From NCBI RefSeq assembly GCF_009914755.1, contig NC_060928.1: DNA of 64,000 nucleotides; one strand, written 5' to 3'. A program made the translations under genes and the position numbers. Shown here piece by piece: positions 25,632-40,429 of the stretch; positions within the stretch are counted from its first letter, which is position 1, and each line of letters starts with the position of its first letter. Origin of the DNA: the human T2T-CHM13v2.0 reference genome, Homo sapiens. The notes beneath the pieces were generated by a model. That model was not told where the DNA came from. It ran no database searches and worked only from the letters and a program-made list of their open reading frames with translations.

Positions 25632-28600
25632 GCAGGGCCAAGATGGTCAACTAGAAGCAGTGGCAAACAGAGGGTCCCATTGAAAAGATCTAAAACAGCA
25701 TGCAAATCCTGCACCAGCAAGTGAGGTATCCAGGTTCTGTCCTTAGGACTGACTAGGCAGCTGACATGACCCACGGAGAGGAAGGAAGAGCAGTGTGGTG
25801 CAGCGGACCACCTGAGGGCCACACAGGGCAGGGGAGCCCCCACCCCCAGCCAAGGGAGGCAGTGAGTGAGTGTGCTACCCAAACTGGGAAACCATGCTTT
25901 TTCCACAGAACTGTGCAACCCACGGATTGGAAGATCCCACTTGGGAGCCAACACCACTGAGGCCTTGGGTCCCAACCATGGAGCCATGCAGTTTCTCAAC
26001 ACCTAATCGGCTGGAATCAGCCTAAGCCTGCTGAGTTCCTTGGGGGCGGTGTGGCCATCACCAATGCTATGGCTGCCTGTGGTCTAAGCCACCTGAGCTT
26101 CATGGAGGAGGGACAGGAACCATCATTCTGGCTGCAGGGCCTCCCAGCAGGAACTCCAACTCTAGCCAGGGGCTCAGGGACAGAACTGTGATCTCCCTAG
26201 GCCTAAACCCCTAGAGGTAGGGGTGGCTTTAGTCTCCACAGACCAGAAGACTTAGTCTTTCCTCTTGCTTGCTCTCAGGAATCCAGGCAGCCCAGATGAG
26301 TGAGTTTTCCCCCAGCACAGCACACCACCTCCACCAAGGGACAGCCAAAGTGCCTTGTTAAATGGATCCTGCTTCTTGTGCCACCCAACTGGGTGAGACC
26401 CTCCCCAAAAGGGGTTGTCAGACATCTTATACAGGAGCACTCTTACTGGCATCAGGTTGTTGCCCCTTGAGGCCAGAGATCCCAGAGGAAGGAGTAGGCA
26501 CCCATGTTTGTGGCTCTCTAGCCTCCTTGAGTGACATCTCCAGGCATAGGAACAAACTAGATGAAAAGGGCCTGAAGTGAACGCACAGCAAACCGCAGCA
26601 GCCCTGCAGAAAAGGGACTTCATTATTGAAAGAAAAACAAACAGAAAGCAACAACAGCATCAACAAAAGTCCCCACAAAAACCTCATCCAAGAGTCAGCA
26701 GCCTCAGAGAACAAAACTAGACAAACTCATGAAGACTAATAAGAATCAATGAAAAAATGCTGAAAACCCATAAAGCCAGAGTGTCTCTACTCCTCCAAAT
26801 GATTACAACACCTCTCCAGCAAGGGCATAGAACTGGATGAGATGGATGAATGGACAGAAGTAGGTTTCAGAAGGTGAGAAATAACAAACTTCAGTGAGGT
26901 AAAGGAGCATGTTCTAACCCACTGTAAAGAAGCTAAGAACCTTGATAAAAGGTCAGAGGAACTGCTAAAGAGAATAACCAGTTAAGAGAGAAACATAAAT
27001 GACCTGATGGAGCTGAAAAACAGCATGAGAACTTCGTGAAGCATACACAAGTATCAATAGCCAAATTGATCAAGCAGAAGAAAGTATCAGAGATGGAAGA
27101 CTATCTTGCTGAAATCAGCAAGGGAGACAAGATTAGAGAAAAAAGAACAAACAAAACCTCTGAGAAACGTGGGACTATGTAAAAAGACAGAACTTACAAC
27201 TGATTGGAGTACCTGAAAGAGACAGGGAGAATGGAACCAAGTTGGAAAATACACTTCAGGATATTATCCAGGAGAACTTCCCCAACCTAGCAAGACAGGC
27301 CAACATTCAAATTCAGGAAATACAGAGAGCCCCACTCAGATACTCCACGAGAAGATCAACCCCAAGACACATAATCATCAGATTATCCACGGTTGAAATG
27401 AAGGAAAAAATGTTAAGGGCAGCCAGAGAGAAAGGCCAGGTCACCTACAAAGGGCCAGGTCACCTACAAAGAAAGGCCAGGTACCTACAAAGACTAACAG
27501 CATATCTCCCAGGAGAAACCCTATGAGCCAGAAGAGAATGGGAGTCAATATTCAACATTCTTAAAGAAAAGAATTTTCAATGCAGAATTTCATACCCAGA
27601 CAAGCTTCATAAGTGAAGGAAAAATAAAATCCTCTCCAGACAAGCAAATGCTGAGGGAATTCTTCACCACCAGGCCTGCCTTGCAAGAGCTCCTGAAGGA
27701 AACACTAAATATGGAAAGGAAAAACTATACCAGCTACTGCAAAAGAAATGAAAATATAAATACCAATGATGCTATGAAGAAGAGGTATCCCACTGTACAA
27801 AAAAACCACACAGCATCATAATGATAGGATAAAATTTACACATAACAAAATTAACCTTAAATGTAAATGGGCTAAATACCCCAACTAAAAGACAGACTGG
27901 AAAACTGGATAAAGAGTCAAGACCTATCAGTGTGCTGTATTCAAGAGACCTATCTCTTGTGCAAAGGTACACATAGGCTTAAAATAAAGGGATGGAGGAA
28001 AATTTACCAAGAAAATGGAAAACAGAAAAAAGCAGGGGTTGCAATCCTAGTCTCTGACAAAACAGACTTTAAACCAACAAAGATCAAAAGTGACAAAGAA
28101 GGGCCTTACATAATGGTAAAGGGATCAATTCAAGAAGAAAAGCTAATTACCCAAAACATATATACACCAAATACAGGAGCACCCAGACCAGTAAGTCTCT
28201 AAAAAGAAGTTCTTAGAGGCTTACAAAGAGACTTAGTCTCCCACACAAAAATAGTGGGACAATTTAACACCCCACTGTCAGTATTAGACATATCCCTGAG
28301 ACAGAAAATTAACAAGGATATTCAGGACTTGAACTCTGCTCTGGATCAAGTGGACATAATAAATATCTATAGAACTCTCCACCCCCAAACAATGGAATAT
28401 ACATTGTTCTCAGTGCCACATGGCACTCACTCTAAAATCGGCCACATAATTGGAAGTAAAACACTCCTTAGCAAACGCAAAAGAACTGAAATCAAAACAA
28501 ACACTCTCTTAGACCACAGTGCCATCAAATTAGAACTCAGGATTAAGAAACTCACTCAAAACGACACAACTACATGGAAATTGAGCAACCTGCTCCTGAA

Positions 28601-31600
28601 TGACTCCTGGGTGAATAATGAAATTAAGGCAGAAATCAAGAAGTTCTTCAAAACCAATGAGAACAAAGAGACAACATACCAGAATCTCTGGGACACAGCT
28701 AAAGAGGTATTAAGAGGGAAATTTATAGCACTAAATGCCTACATCAGAAAGTTAGAAAGATCTCAAATTGACACCCTAATATCACAATTAAAAGAACAGG
28801 AGAAGCAAGAGCAAATAAATCAAAAAGCTAGCAGAAGGTAAGAAATAACTAAGATCAGGGCAAAACTGAAGGAGATACAGACCAAAAATTCCTTCAAACA
28901 AATCAATAAATCCAGGAACTGGTATTTTGGAAAAAATTAATAAAATAGATAGACCACTAGATAGACTAATAGAGCTGAAAAGAGAGAAGAATCAAATAGA
29001 CACCATAAAAAATTACAAAATGGATATCTCCACTGACCCCACAGAAATACAAACTACCATCAGAGAACACAATAAACACCTCTATGCAAATAAACCAGAA
29101 AATCTGGAAGAAATTGATAAGTTCCTGGACACATACACCCACTGAAGACTAAACAAGGAAGAGGTCAAATCCCTGAATAGACCAATAACAAGTTCTAAAA
29201 TTTAGGCAGTAATAAATAACCTAACAAACAAAAAGCCCAGGACCAGACAGATTGACAGCCTAATTCTACCAGAGGTACAAAGAGAAGCTGATACCATTCC
29301 TTCTGAAACTGTTCCAAACAATTGAAAATGAGGGACTCCTCCCTAACTCATTTTATGAGGCCAGCATCATCCTGATACCAAAACCTAGCAGAGAGACAAC
29401 AAAAAAAGAAAATTTCAGGCTAATGTCCCTGATGAACATCGACGTAAAAAAACTCAACAAAATACCAGCAAACTGAATTCAGCAGCACAACAAAAAACAA
29501 ATCCACCATGATCAAGTTGGCTTCATCCCTGGGATGCAAGGCTGGTTCAACATACGGAAATCAGTAAATGTAATCCATCACAGAACCAATGACAAAAACC
29601 ACATGATTATCTCAAAAGATGCAGAAAAGGCCTTTGATAACATTCAACACCCTTCATGTTAAAAACTCTCAATAAACTAGGTATTGATGGAATATATCTC
29701 AAAATAATAAGAGCTATTTATCACAAATGCACAGTCAATATCATACTTAATGAGCAAAAGCTGAAAGCATTCCTTTGAAAACTGGCACAAGAAAAGATGC
29801 CCTCTCTCACCATTTCTATTCAACATAGTATTGGAAGTCCTGGCCAAGGCAATCAGGTAAGAGAAAGAAATCAAGCATATTCCAATAGGAAGAGAGGAAG
29901 TCAAGTTGTCTCTGTTTGCAGATGACATGATCCTACATTTAGAAAACCCCACCATCTCAGCCCAAAAACTCCTTAAGCTGATAAGCAACTTCAGCAAAGT
30001 CTCAGGACACAAAATTAATGTGAAAAAATCACAAACATTCCTTTACACCAACAATAGGCAAGCAGAGAGCCAAATCATGAATGAACTCCCATTCACAATT
30101 GCCAAAAAGTGAATAAAATATCTAAAAATACAATAACAAGGGACATGAAGGACCTCTTCAAGGAGAACTACACACCACTGCTCAAGGAAATAACAGGTGA
30201 CAAAAACAAATGGAAAAACATTCCATCCTCGTGGATAGGAAGAATCAATATTGTGAAAACGGCCATACTGCCCAAAGTAATGTATAGATTCAATGCTATT
30301 CCCATCAATTTACCATTGATATTCTTCAGAGAATTAGAAAAAAAAACTACTTTAAAATTCATATGGAACCCAAAAAAAGCCTACATAGCCAAGACAATCC
30401 TAAGCAGAAAGAACAAGCCTGGAGGTATCAGGCTATCTGACTTTAAACTATACTACAAGGCTACAGTAACCAAAACAGCATGGCACTAGTACCAGAACAG
30501 ACAGACTGGTACCAAAATAGACAAATGGAACAGGATAGAGACATCAGAAATAAGACCAAACATCTACAACCATCTGATTATCAACAAACCTGACAAAAAC
30601 AAGCAATGGGGAAATAATTCCCTATTTAATAAATGGTGCTGGGAAAACTGGCCAGCCATATGCAGAAAACTGAAACTGGACCCCTTCCTTACACCATATA
30701 CAAAAATTAACTCAGGATGGATTAAAGACTTTAAAAGTAAAACCCAAAACCATAAAAAATCTAGAAGAAAACCTAGGCAATACCATTCAGGACATAGGCA
30801 TGGGCAAATATTTTATGTTGAATTCACCAAAAGAAATTGCAACAAAAGCTAAAATTGACAAATGGAGTCTAACTAAAGAGCTTCTGCACAGCAAAAGAAA
30901 CTATCATCAGAGTGAACAGGCAACCTACAGAATGGGAGAAAATTTTTGCAGTCTACATATCTGACAAAGGTCTAATATCCAGAACTTACAAGGAACTTAA
31001 ACAAATTCACAAGAAAAAAAACAACCCCATCTAAAAGTGGGCAAAGAATATGAACAGACACTTCTCAAAAGAAGACACTTATGCAGCCAACAAACATATG
31101 AAAAAAAAGCTCAACATCACTGAACAGTAGAGAAATGCAAATCAAAACCACAATGAGATACCATCTCATGCCAGTCAGAATGCTGATTATTAAAAAGTCA
31201 AGAAACAACAGATACTGGTAAGGCTGTGAAGAAATTGGAACCCTTTTACATTGTGGGAATGTAAATTAGTCCAACCATTGTGGAAGGCAGTGTGGCAATT
31301 CCTCAAGGATCTAGAACCAGAAACACCATTTGACCCAGCAATTCCATTACTGGGTACATAGCCAAAGGAATATAAATCATTCTACTATAAAGATACGTGC
31401 ACATGTATGTTTATTGCAGCACTATTCACAACAGCAAAGACATGGAACCAACCCAAATGTTCACCAATAATAGACTGGATAAAGAAAATCTGGTACATAC
31501 ACACCATGGAATACTATGCAGCCATAAAAAGGAATGACATCATGTTCTTTGCAAGGACATGGATGAAGCTGGAAGCCATTATCCTTAGCACACTAACACA

Positions 31601-31901
31601 GGAACAGAAAACCAAACATTGCATGTTCTCTCTCATAAGTGGGAGTGGAACAATGAGAACACACAGACACAGGGAGGGGAACAACACACACCAGGGCCTG
31701 TTGGTGGCGGGGTTAGGGTGGGGAGGGAGAGCATCAAGGAAAATAGCTAAAGCACGCAGGGCTTGAAACCTAGGTGATGGGTTGATAGGTGCAGCAAACC
31801 ACCATGGCATACATATAGCTATGTAGCAAACCTGCACAATCTGCACATGTATCCTGGAAGTTAAAGTAAACAAATTAAAACATTTAAAAAAATTTAAATT
31901 T
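25632..31901 (+). mobile_element. Full-length, inactivated L1PA (L1PA8A-L1PA11-like); 5' UTR, ORF1 (~26729-27750) and ORF2 (~27821-31650) with many stops and frameshifts
   Basis: 5' end 'gcagggccaagatggtcaactagaagcag'; ORF1 peptide ENTLQDIIQENFPNLARQANIQIQEIQR; ORF2 peptides CCIQET, FNTPLS and SLFADDMI; A-rich tail. TSD gagaatggag at 25622-25631 and 31902-31911. Confidence 0.96.
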
Positions 31902-34149
31902 GAGAATGGAGTACACAAATAAACCAAAATGAACCAAGGATCCAGAAAGTTATGTGCGCTTGGACAGCCACTTTCACCCCTGACAGAGAAATGAGAGGAG
32001 GAATTTTCCAGAGATAAGATCAAGGCATATAGAACATTGACTAATCTTTAATGAATGTTCTCAGCAGTATGTAGACTGCTATAATTGATGAGAATCACTT
32101 GGAGCTTTAGCTACAGTCAGTCCATAGCCACTTGCCAAGTCCTTCCCTAGTTATTCCCCATGATGGGGTATACTTAAGCCTGAGGCCAGGAAAAGATAGC
32201 TGAGAGACATCCTCTCTGAGGTGCCTGGGACCTTTTCCAAGGACAAAGCAGCTATGCCCTGAAAGGTGGGTGTGGGGAGAGAGCAATGAGATAAATTCAT
32301 AAAGATGATACTTGACTTTTGTCAACTGCACTGTAGAATACCAAAGGCTGGGGACTGGGCTGGAGAACAGAGAGAAATCCCACTGAGAAATTCTGACCCT
32401 TCACCAAGTACATAGCACCAGGCCTCTGAAGTCTAAGGGCAGGTGGCAGGACAGAAAGAGATCTCCCAAATAATAGGACTAGAACTCCCTAATGCCAGAA
32501 AGCTGGAAGCTGGATGTAAATATAAAGGACATCAGCAGACTCTTGCCAGTGATTGGATGCCAAGCCTTGGTAAAAGGAAGCATATTAAGTCAGCTCTTCA
32601 AAGTGTTTTAAGTCAGCAATGATCTGAATTTAATTAAAACTGCACAAATGCCTAGATGGAAGTCAAATAAGGATTAGGCTGATTTAACCCACATCACTGA
32701 CAAAAGAAGAGTCACCTTTTTCTGGAGATAAATATTATTTACATTAATGTATTACATACAGTGTCATGAAAAAACAAATAAAGGCACAAAGAAACAAATA
32801 AGCAGTGTTACCTTTGGTGAAGAGAGGAAATAATCAATGGAAACAGAACTAGAATTTGCTCTGATGCTGGAACTATCAGACAGGAACTTCAAAATAACTA
32901 GGGGGAGTATGCCCAGAAGAAAAGGTAAACAACTTACACGCACAAATGAGGAATCTTAACAAAGAGGAAGACACTATAAAAATGGAAAATCTAGAAATGA
33001 AAAATACAATGTCAGGATTTTTTCTATGAAATTAACAGCAGACAGATGCAACAGAAGAATAAGGAAAATTGAAGATCATTGTCAATAGAAATTATCCAAA
33101 GTGTAAACCAAAGGGACAAGGAGAAGAAGAAAAAGAATGGAACACCTGAAATCTGTTGAACAATAGCAAATGGTATAATACATGTATAATTGCTGTCCCA
33201 GAAGGAGAGAAAATAGAATATGAACCTGAAGAATTATTTTGACAAGATTATGACTGAGGTTTTTCTCCAAACTGATAAACCATATCAACTCATAGTCTGA
33301 GAAGACTCAACAAACTCCAAGCAGCATAAATGCAAGGTAAAGTATAACTGGTTTCATAATAATCAAACTGCTGAAAATCAAATATAAAAGAAAACAATCT
33401 TGGAACTAAAAAAAAATTCTATGATTACACAGAATTAATATTGTAGCTGACCTCTCACCGGAAACAGTGAGTACCACGTATGATTGGTTGACATCTTTAA
33501 AGTGCTGAAAGAAAGGAAACAAGAACTGTCAAACTGAAGTTCTGTATCAAGTGAAAATATTCTTCAAAAATCAAGGCAAACGAAAGATATTTTCAGACCA
33601 TTACATGGTGAGCAAATTCATCCTTAGCAGGCCTGCATTATATTTAATGCTATGAATTATTCTTCAGAATATTTATTCATTATATGTAATGCTAAGAAAT
33701 ATGAGTAAAAATATATTTTATATTTACATGTATTTTTACCCTATCTGGTCCCCTTTTTGGTTTCTGCCAAATGTTACCAATTCCTGATTGTTTTTCTTTT
33801 ACAAATAGATGTATAAATTTATTTTTAAATGTTTTAAAAAGAATGTTGACTTATTAAAGCAATATACATCTAGCATATAGAAGTAAAATATATGACACTA
33901 AGAAGACAGAGTTATGCTGTTGTACTTTTTTACCTTGTTAATGAAGTAATATGATATTTGAAGGTATGCTGCAGTAAATTAAAGATGCATATTGCAACAT
34001 ACGGAGATATGGTTATAATACCAGTGAATGTGATAAAATGGCCTACTAAAAAATACTTGGTTTACCCAAGAGAAGACAGAGAAAAATTAAAAGGATACAA
34101 AAAACAAAGGACAAATAAAGAATACAAATGAAGATGATAGACAAACTCA

Positions 34150-34556
<407 letters not shown>

Positions 34557-34756
34557 TTAAATATTAACAAAAATGGTAAAAATAAAAACTTGGAAAAATA
34601 TACTATGCAGACACTAAGCACAGGGAAGATGTTGTGGCTTCATTAATATCAGAATATATTTCTAGAGAATGATTATCATTAGAACTAAAGACATTTCAAA
34701 ATGACAAATGTGAATTCATCGAAAAGACTTAACAATGTATAAAAACAAAGCTTTTG

Positions 34757-35205
<449 letters not shown>

Positions 35206-36689
35206 CTAAGTTAGCCTGATTGATATTTGTAGAACATTTTACCCAACAGCTATAGATACACACCTTTTTTTTACAAGCATACATAGAATATTCACCAAGA
35301 AGGACAGTATGCTGGGAGAATGTCTCAATAAATTCCAAAGGACCAAAATAATACAAAATAGGGTTTCTGACCACAATAATATTAATTAAAAATTACAAAC
35401 AATAAGATATCAAGAACATCACAAAATATGTGAAAATAAAAACACCTTTTTAAATAGCCCATGGTCAAAATGCAGAACTGGATCAATCTGGCAAACTTTC
35501 AGATGCTGCTAGGAAACAAGGTTGTCAGTCTACAGCTATATATTTGATAACCTTTCATTTAATAGCACAAGGAAATGATTGGTCTTTCTAATGTGATGTA
35601 AAAGTGTTCTTTTAGGTTTCATGATCACTGATAGTTCATTGAATACTTCTTGGAGCCTTGATCAACTCTGCTACTCATTTCTGTGCTATATCTGGAGAAT
35701 CCTTTTATAATTTCTCTGCAATTCCCCATCTTATTTTTTATCCTTAGTAAAACAGTGTACTATACTAGTGCAGGAGTCAGAGGGGGCAAATATATTTAGT
35801 TTCTCCAGGAATCAAGAATGCAAATGTTATCATTCTAATTACAGAAAAGTTACAGGAAATGTTAGACTCTGGGAATTAATGTTATTAATGTAGTCAAATC
35901 ATGCTCACAGTCATAATTTAGGTAATGGAGTGTTGGCGTAGTTAAAAAAAAATAAGTTCTCTAGTATTAACCAAACATCTTATAATCAAGCAAGACAAAC
36001 AAATGCAAAGATTGGGATGTTATGCAAATAATACAGTATAAAAGCCTATGATGCATTGTTCAATAAATAAGTGCAGCTCCATGAAACTCATGTGCATAAA
36101 ATTATTTTATTTGACCTCCTTAAGAATATTCGATGGAAACTGGTAAAGCACACAAAAATCAAGAGTTAACATCTGATTGTAATACTTTATATCTACTGAA
36201 TAATATCAGATCACAATATTTTCTCTTAAATTACTAGTAAGTATTGGGCTTATGTTTGCATACGTGATTTAATTTTCTCCCTTATTTAGAAGATTGTTCT
36301 TCAGATTGTTCTTCAGATTGTTTCTATAATCAAAATAACCTTATTGTTCCATTTTTAAAAAATAATTCGTGGAAATTACTCAAAATATCATATATAGAAA
36401 TGTCTAAACAGAAGAAATATATGGAGGAGAAACTGAAGTTCCTCCTTAAGTCACCCTACAGACCATCACTGTTTAACAGTCAGTAGTATCCCCTCAGATT
36501 TGTTTATATACACAGACAAAATTGGAGATATATGTACGTGTGGATGTTTGTGTATAAAACATTTATTATGTGTGCATATAATTATAAGTGACTATACAGA
36601 GAAATATACAGATTGTGCGTAATCTGATTTATTCACATCATTAATACAGTGAAGTTATATTTTATAATATATTATAGATAATAAACTCG

Positions 36690-36839
36690 TGCTTATAATA
36701 GCTGTATGTTGGCCATCTTTTTCAACATTTGACATTAATTAACTCATTTTATCTTTACAATAACTAGTGTGTTAGATACAATCATTATCCTCATGCACAT
36801 GTGAGAAAAATCAAGTGTAAAGAGGTAAATTGTCCAAGG
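36690..36839 (-). mobile_element. MIR fragment, split by the following LTR and resuming near 37445
   Basis: 'aactcattttatctttacaataac...cattatcctcatgcacatgtgagaaaaatcaag...tgtccaagg'. Confidence 0.6.
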
Positions 36840-37440
36840 TGTAGAGGCAGAAGGTGATGACCCCTTTTCTCCTTATCTTAAGGGTCATAGATGATAGCCC
36901 TATCTAACAAAAGACAGGTTAACAAGATAAAAGCAAATTTATTTGATCATACTATTATGAGATATGGCAGGCTTCAGAATGAAGACCTAAAGATACAGGG
37001 TGATTGATCCATTTTTATGGTTAGGTTTGATAATGCATGGACAGCCATGTAGAAATATAAGTGGACAAAAAGGGTATGATCTAATGCTAATAGACTGAAT
37101 GTGGAAACTCAGCAAGGCCTGTTCAGATTCCTCTCTGTTCAACATTCCTCTATCCTGGTTATAGGATATGATCCCTCTGGAATGAGGATCTTAAATTCTT
37201 TATGGCTAGTTACCCAGAAAGGTGGGGGAAGGTTAGAGTAATATATTTAGGCTTTATGGCTGGCTTGGGGGAAAAGAGGTTCCAGTTTCTATGATGCACC
37301 TTGGGGAAGAGGGATTCTCATCTCTATGGCTATCCTCAGAGGAGACTGAGGGGTGAGAGACAGGAGGACAGGAGAAGGTCATAGAGAAACTTTGCTTCTG
37401 AGGCCTTTACTTTAGGGTATTGTTTTCTGACCCCTCCGAG
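36840..37440 (-). mobile_element. MER39-like (ERV1, MER4 group) solo LTR
   Basis: Ends 'gagaaactttgcttctgaggcctttactttagggtattgttttctgacccc'. TSD aagg at 36836-36839 and 37441-37444. Confidence 0.75.
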
Positions 37441-37594
37441 AAGGTTACCTCACTAAGAAGTAGAATAACAAAGGACCTCCTCCTCTTTATTAGGCACTTC
37501 GTAGCCCTAGTATAGATGTGTTGGCTGATTTCATGAGTCCCATATGGATGAACATTTAAACTACTTCTATTATAATCAATGCTGCAATAAACAT

Positions 37595-38113
37595 TCTTGA
37601 TTCTCTGGTATTTGGGAGCCTTATAGACCTGGGAAAGACTGCTCCTCTCAGGGCTAGCTAATTCTTAAACTTATTCACGAGCATGTCTTTCATATACAAA
37701 CCAACCAATGGGGAGTCTACAGCCTCATCCATCTCCTTATCTAACTCTCACACACCAAGCCCATATTTCCTCCGCGCTATATCCTTTTAGTGCCAGGTAT
37801 CAGGCAACTAGAGAGCAGGACTATCACTCAAAGCCTGACAGAATCATTCAAACTAGCTAATCTTATGCAAACCTGCCTTATCTTTCCACAGAAATCCCAA
37901 TAAAGGCTCTGTCCTATGCCTTCTCCTCACTCATCTTCTGCCTCCTCCCCATCCTGATGTCCATCAGATGGCCCTATGTAATATGCCTGGTGTCCCCCAT
38001 TTTTTCAGGAAATATGAGTGATAAATTCTTTTTTAAAAAATGATATTAGCCTCTCTTTTTGTTGTCACTCAGTCACCTCCCTAAATTAAAATTCTGCCAT
38101 ACAAATGGAGACA
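37595..38113 (+). mobile_element. MER74/MER73-like (ERVL) solo LTR
   Basis: 'gactgctcctctcagggctagctaattc', CCAAT box 'aaccaaccaat', and 'cccaataaaggctct'. Confidence 0.6.
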
Positions 38114-38153
38114 ATTTCTCTATTACATACCCTTACCAACAGTCTTTGCAAAG

Positions 38154-38183
<30 letters not shown>
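38154..38183. repeat. (CA)n microsatellite
   Basis: Uninterrupted AC run of about 15 units. Confidence 0.95.
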
Positions 38184-38184
<1 letters not shown>

Positions 38185-39607
38185 AACTGTTTCTTGTATT
38201 TATAGTGTTATTATGGATTTTTTCACACAGCTTATTTGTTATTTGTTTTCGCTTTTCACAGGAGTATTTGATTCTGATTTTATCTCTGCTCCAGGGGTCT
38301 ATCATTCCATGTTGTGGTTAAAGTTGGGTAACCATGCTTCTAGGTTAGTCAGTACTCTCTAAAGGAGAGCACATGTTCCCTATAATTCATTTATAGTTAA
38401 AATAAAAGTGCTTGGGAGCTGGCCTTTGTGAGAGGAACACCTGCCTGGAATGAGAGGAAAATAGACTCATAAGCCCCCACGAGTGTTGTGTCTGCCTGTT
38501 TTGTAATGCAAAGTTTGTTAATAAGAGCCAGCTGTCTCTTACAGAGCCAGGGTATTCCTGCTCAGAAAATGTTCACTAAAGGCCCTCTCAAAATGACAAC
38601 CAACTGGGCAAGTATCCTCAAGCTGTTTTTAAATTAGAGAAAAGAAGGAGAAATGGGGTTAAAGATACATTTTATAAAGCTCCTGCTGAAAAACTTCAGG
38701 AAGCTTTCCAATAAATTTAAGGTGGCACTCAATAAAGGAAAAACTTAATTCAATGTAAAAATTGCTTTCAAGAGCTCATGCAAAGGCTAAGCAGTTTTTA
38801 TGACCCTTACTGTCTCTCATTTTCCCTTCATTTGGGCCATTTCATCAATGCAACTTCTAATCTGGTAATGATGCAGATCTCTTTACTAGCTTAAAATATA
38901 TATCAATAATCCATGTTTTTAGTCTCATGGAAAAGAATTTAAAGATGATGATTATTCCTTGATCTAAAAATGAATGCTTGAAATGACTTTTTCAAAATGA
39001 AGTGTTAACTCTTAACCAGTGCTTTTTTTAAAGCACTTTAGAAAAAGAATAGCGTGCATTTTATCTGGAAAGATTTAAGAGGCCACTAAGAACTTTTACT
39101 ATTCATAGAAGAAAAATTGTGAAAGACAAATTAATAGAGTTGTTTAATGTATGGGTTGTAATTTGGAATGTCCTGAAAACCAGGACCTAGTTGAAAGAGG
39201 TGCTTCAAAAGGATTTCATGCATTAAACCATGTCAACTCAAGCAGCATTTTACTCATTTGGAAGTCACAAATTTTGAACAATCTAAAGCAGTAATTTCCA
39301 ACCTACGGGAATCTTGCAGAATTATTTAGATGTACTGAGTTTTTGCACAAAGTTAAATAAGATCCAAATGCAAAGCAAAGTGTGGTATGACAGAGTCATT
39401 TTCTTACATTTTAAGAATTCTTCCAAATCAGAAAGAAAAAAATAAAACGATAATCAAAGTAAAAAATAGTGGGCAACAACTAAAAATAGGGATGAGGTTT
39501 TGTAAAATACCTGCAGGCAGAACATAAAATTTTTAAATGTTTATTTTCTGTGGGGAGACCAAACGGCATAGGGTTGAGAACGCCAGGTCAGGAGGGGAAA
39601 AGACCTA

Positions 39608-39760
39608 CAGCAAAGTACTTAAGGCACTCTAAATCTCAGTGTCTTTTTTCATAAAAGAAAAACAATAATAGTTCTTACCTTACAGTGTTCCGTGAAAACT
39701 ACAAAATGAATGCATTGGTGGCTGGCATATGGCAAGATTTCAAAAAATGCTAGCTAGTAT
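39608..39760 (+). mobile_element. MIR fragment
   Basis: 'gcaaagtacttaaggcactctaaatctcagtgtc...aataatagttcttaccttacag...ctggcatatgg'. Confidence 0.6.
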
Positions 39761-39917
39761 AGAAATGAACATTAAAATAACAATGAGATAGCTTTATTTA
39801 TGATGTAAAGATTTAAATGATATGATTTACTGTTTGCATGATTTTGAGCAATAAACATACCTCATGATATGTGGAACTCCAACTTGAATCATATTGCCAA
39901 ACTGGAAGGAAACTTGG

Positions 39918-40429
39918 TGTGTTAGGTTCTCCAGAGAAGCAGAAACAATATGATACATATAGATATAGATATAGGGAGATTTATTATGAGAATTGGTTTA
40001 CGCAGTTATGGAAGCCAGGAAGTCCCACAATATCTCATCTGCTAGCTAGAGAAACAGGAAAGCCAATGGTGTAATTCACTACAAGTCTGGAGGCCTGAGA
40101 ACCAAGGAAGTCAATAGTGTAACTCCTAGTACAAGTCCAAAGGCTTGAGAACCAAGAGCTCTGATGTCAGAAGGCAGGAGAAAACTGATGTTCCAGCTCT
40201 AGAAGAGAAAGTAAATTTGCCCTTTCTCCATCTTTCTGTTGTAGTTGAGCCCTCAACAGATTGAATAATGCCTACCCATGTGATTAATGGTGATCTTCAT
40301 TTTGTCTACTTATTTAAAACCTAATTTCTTCTGAAAACACTCTCACAGACCCATCCACAAATCATGTTTTACCAGCTATCTGGGCATCCCTTAACCTGGT
40401 CAAGTTGGCATGTAAAATCAACTCCCACA
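39918..40429 (-). mobile_element. MLT2B-like (ERVL) solo LTR
   Basis: 'gttctccagagaagcagaaac...gagatttattatgagaattgg...ttaccagctatctgggcatcccttaa...caagttggcatgtaaaatcaac'. Near-TSD cttgg/cttga. Confidence 0.88.

Noticed and set aside
25632-26720. GC-richer stretch as a CpG-island gene promoter
   Set aside because: It is the CpG-depleted 5' UTR of the L1.
27431-27492. Short direct repeats as a CRISPR-like array
   Set aside because: There are no unique spacers and no cas genes, and the context is a eukaryotic L1; it is a local triplication.
28254-28841. Longest ORF (195 aa) and the other L1-like ORFs as functional CDS
   Set aside because: They are fragments of L1 ORF2/ORF1 bounded by stops and frameshifts in decayed elements, not intact genes.
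36290-36322. 12-bp tandem repeat (agattgttcttc, ~2.5 copies) and similar micro-duplications near 40560, 41065 and 47237
   Set aside because: These are ordinary slippage duplications in AT-rich DNA with no further structure.
39288-39590. Possible hAT-type MITE (cagtaatttccaacct ... gggttgagaacgccag)
   Set aside because: The TIR similarity is weak, there is no clear 8-bp TSD, and I do not recognise the interior.
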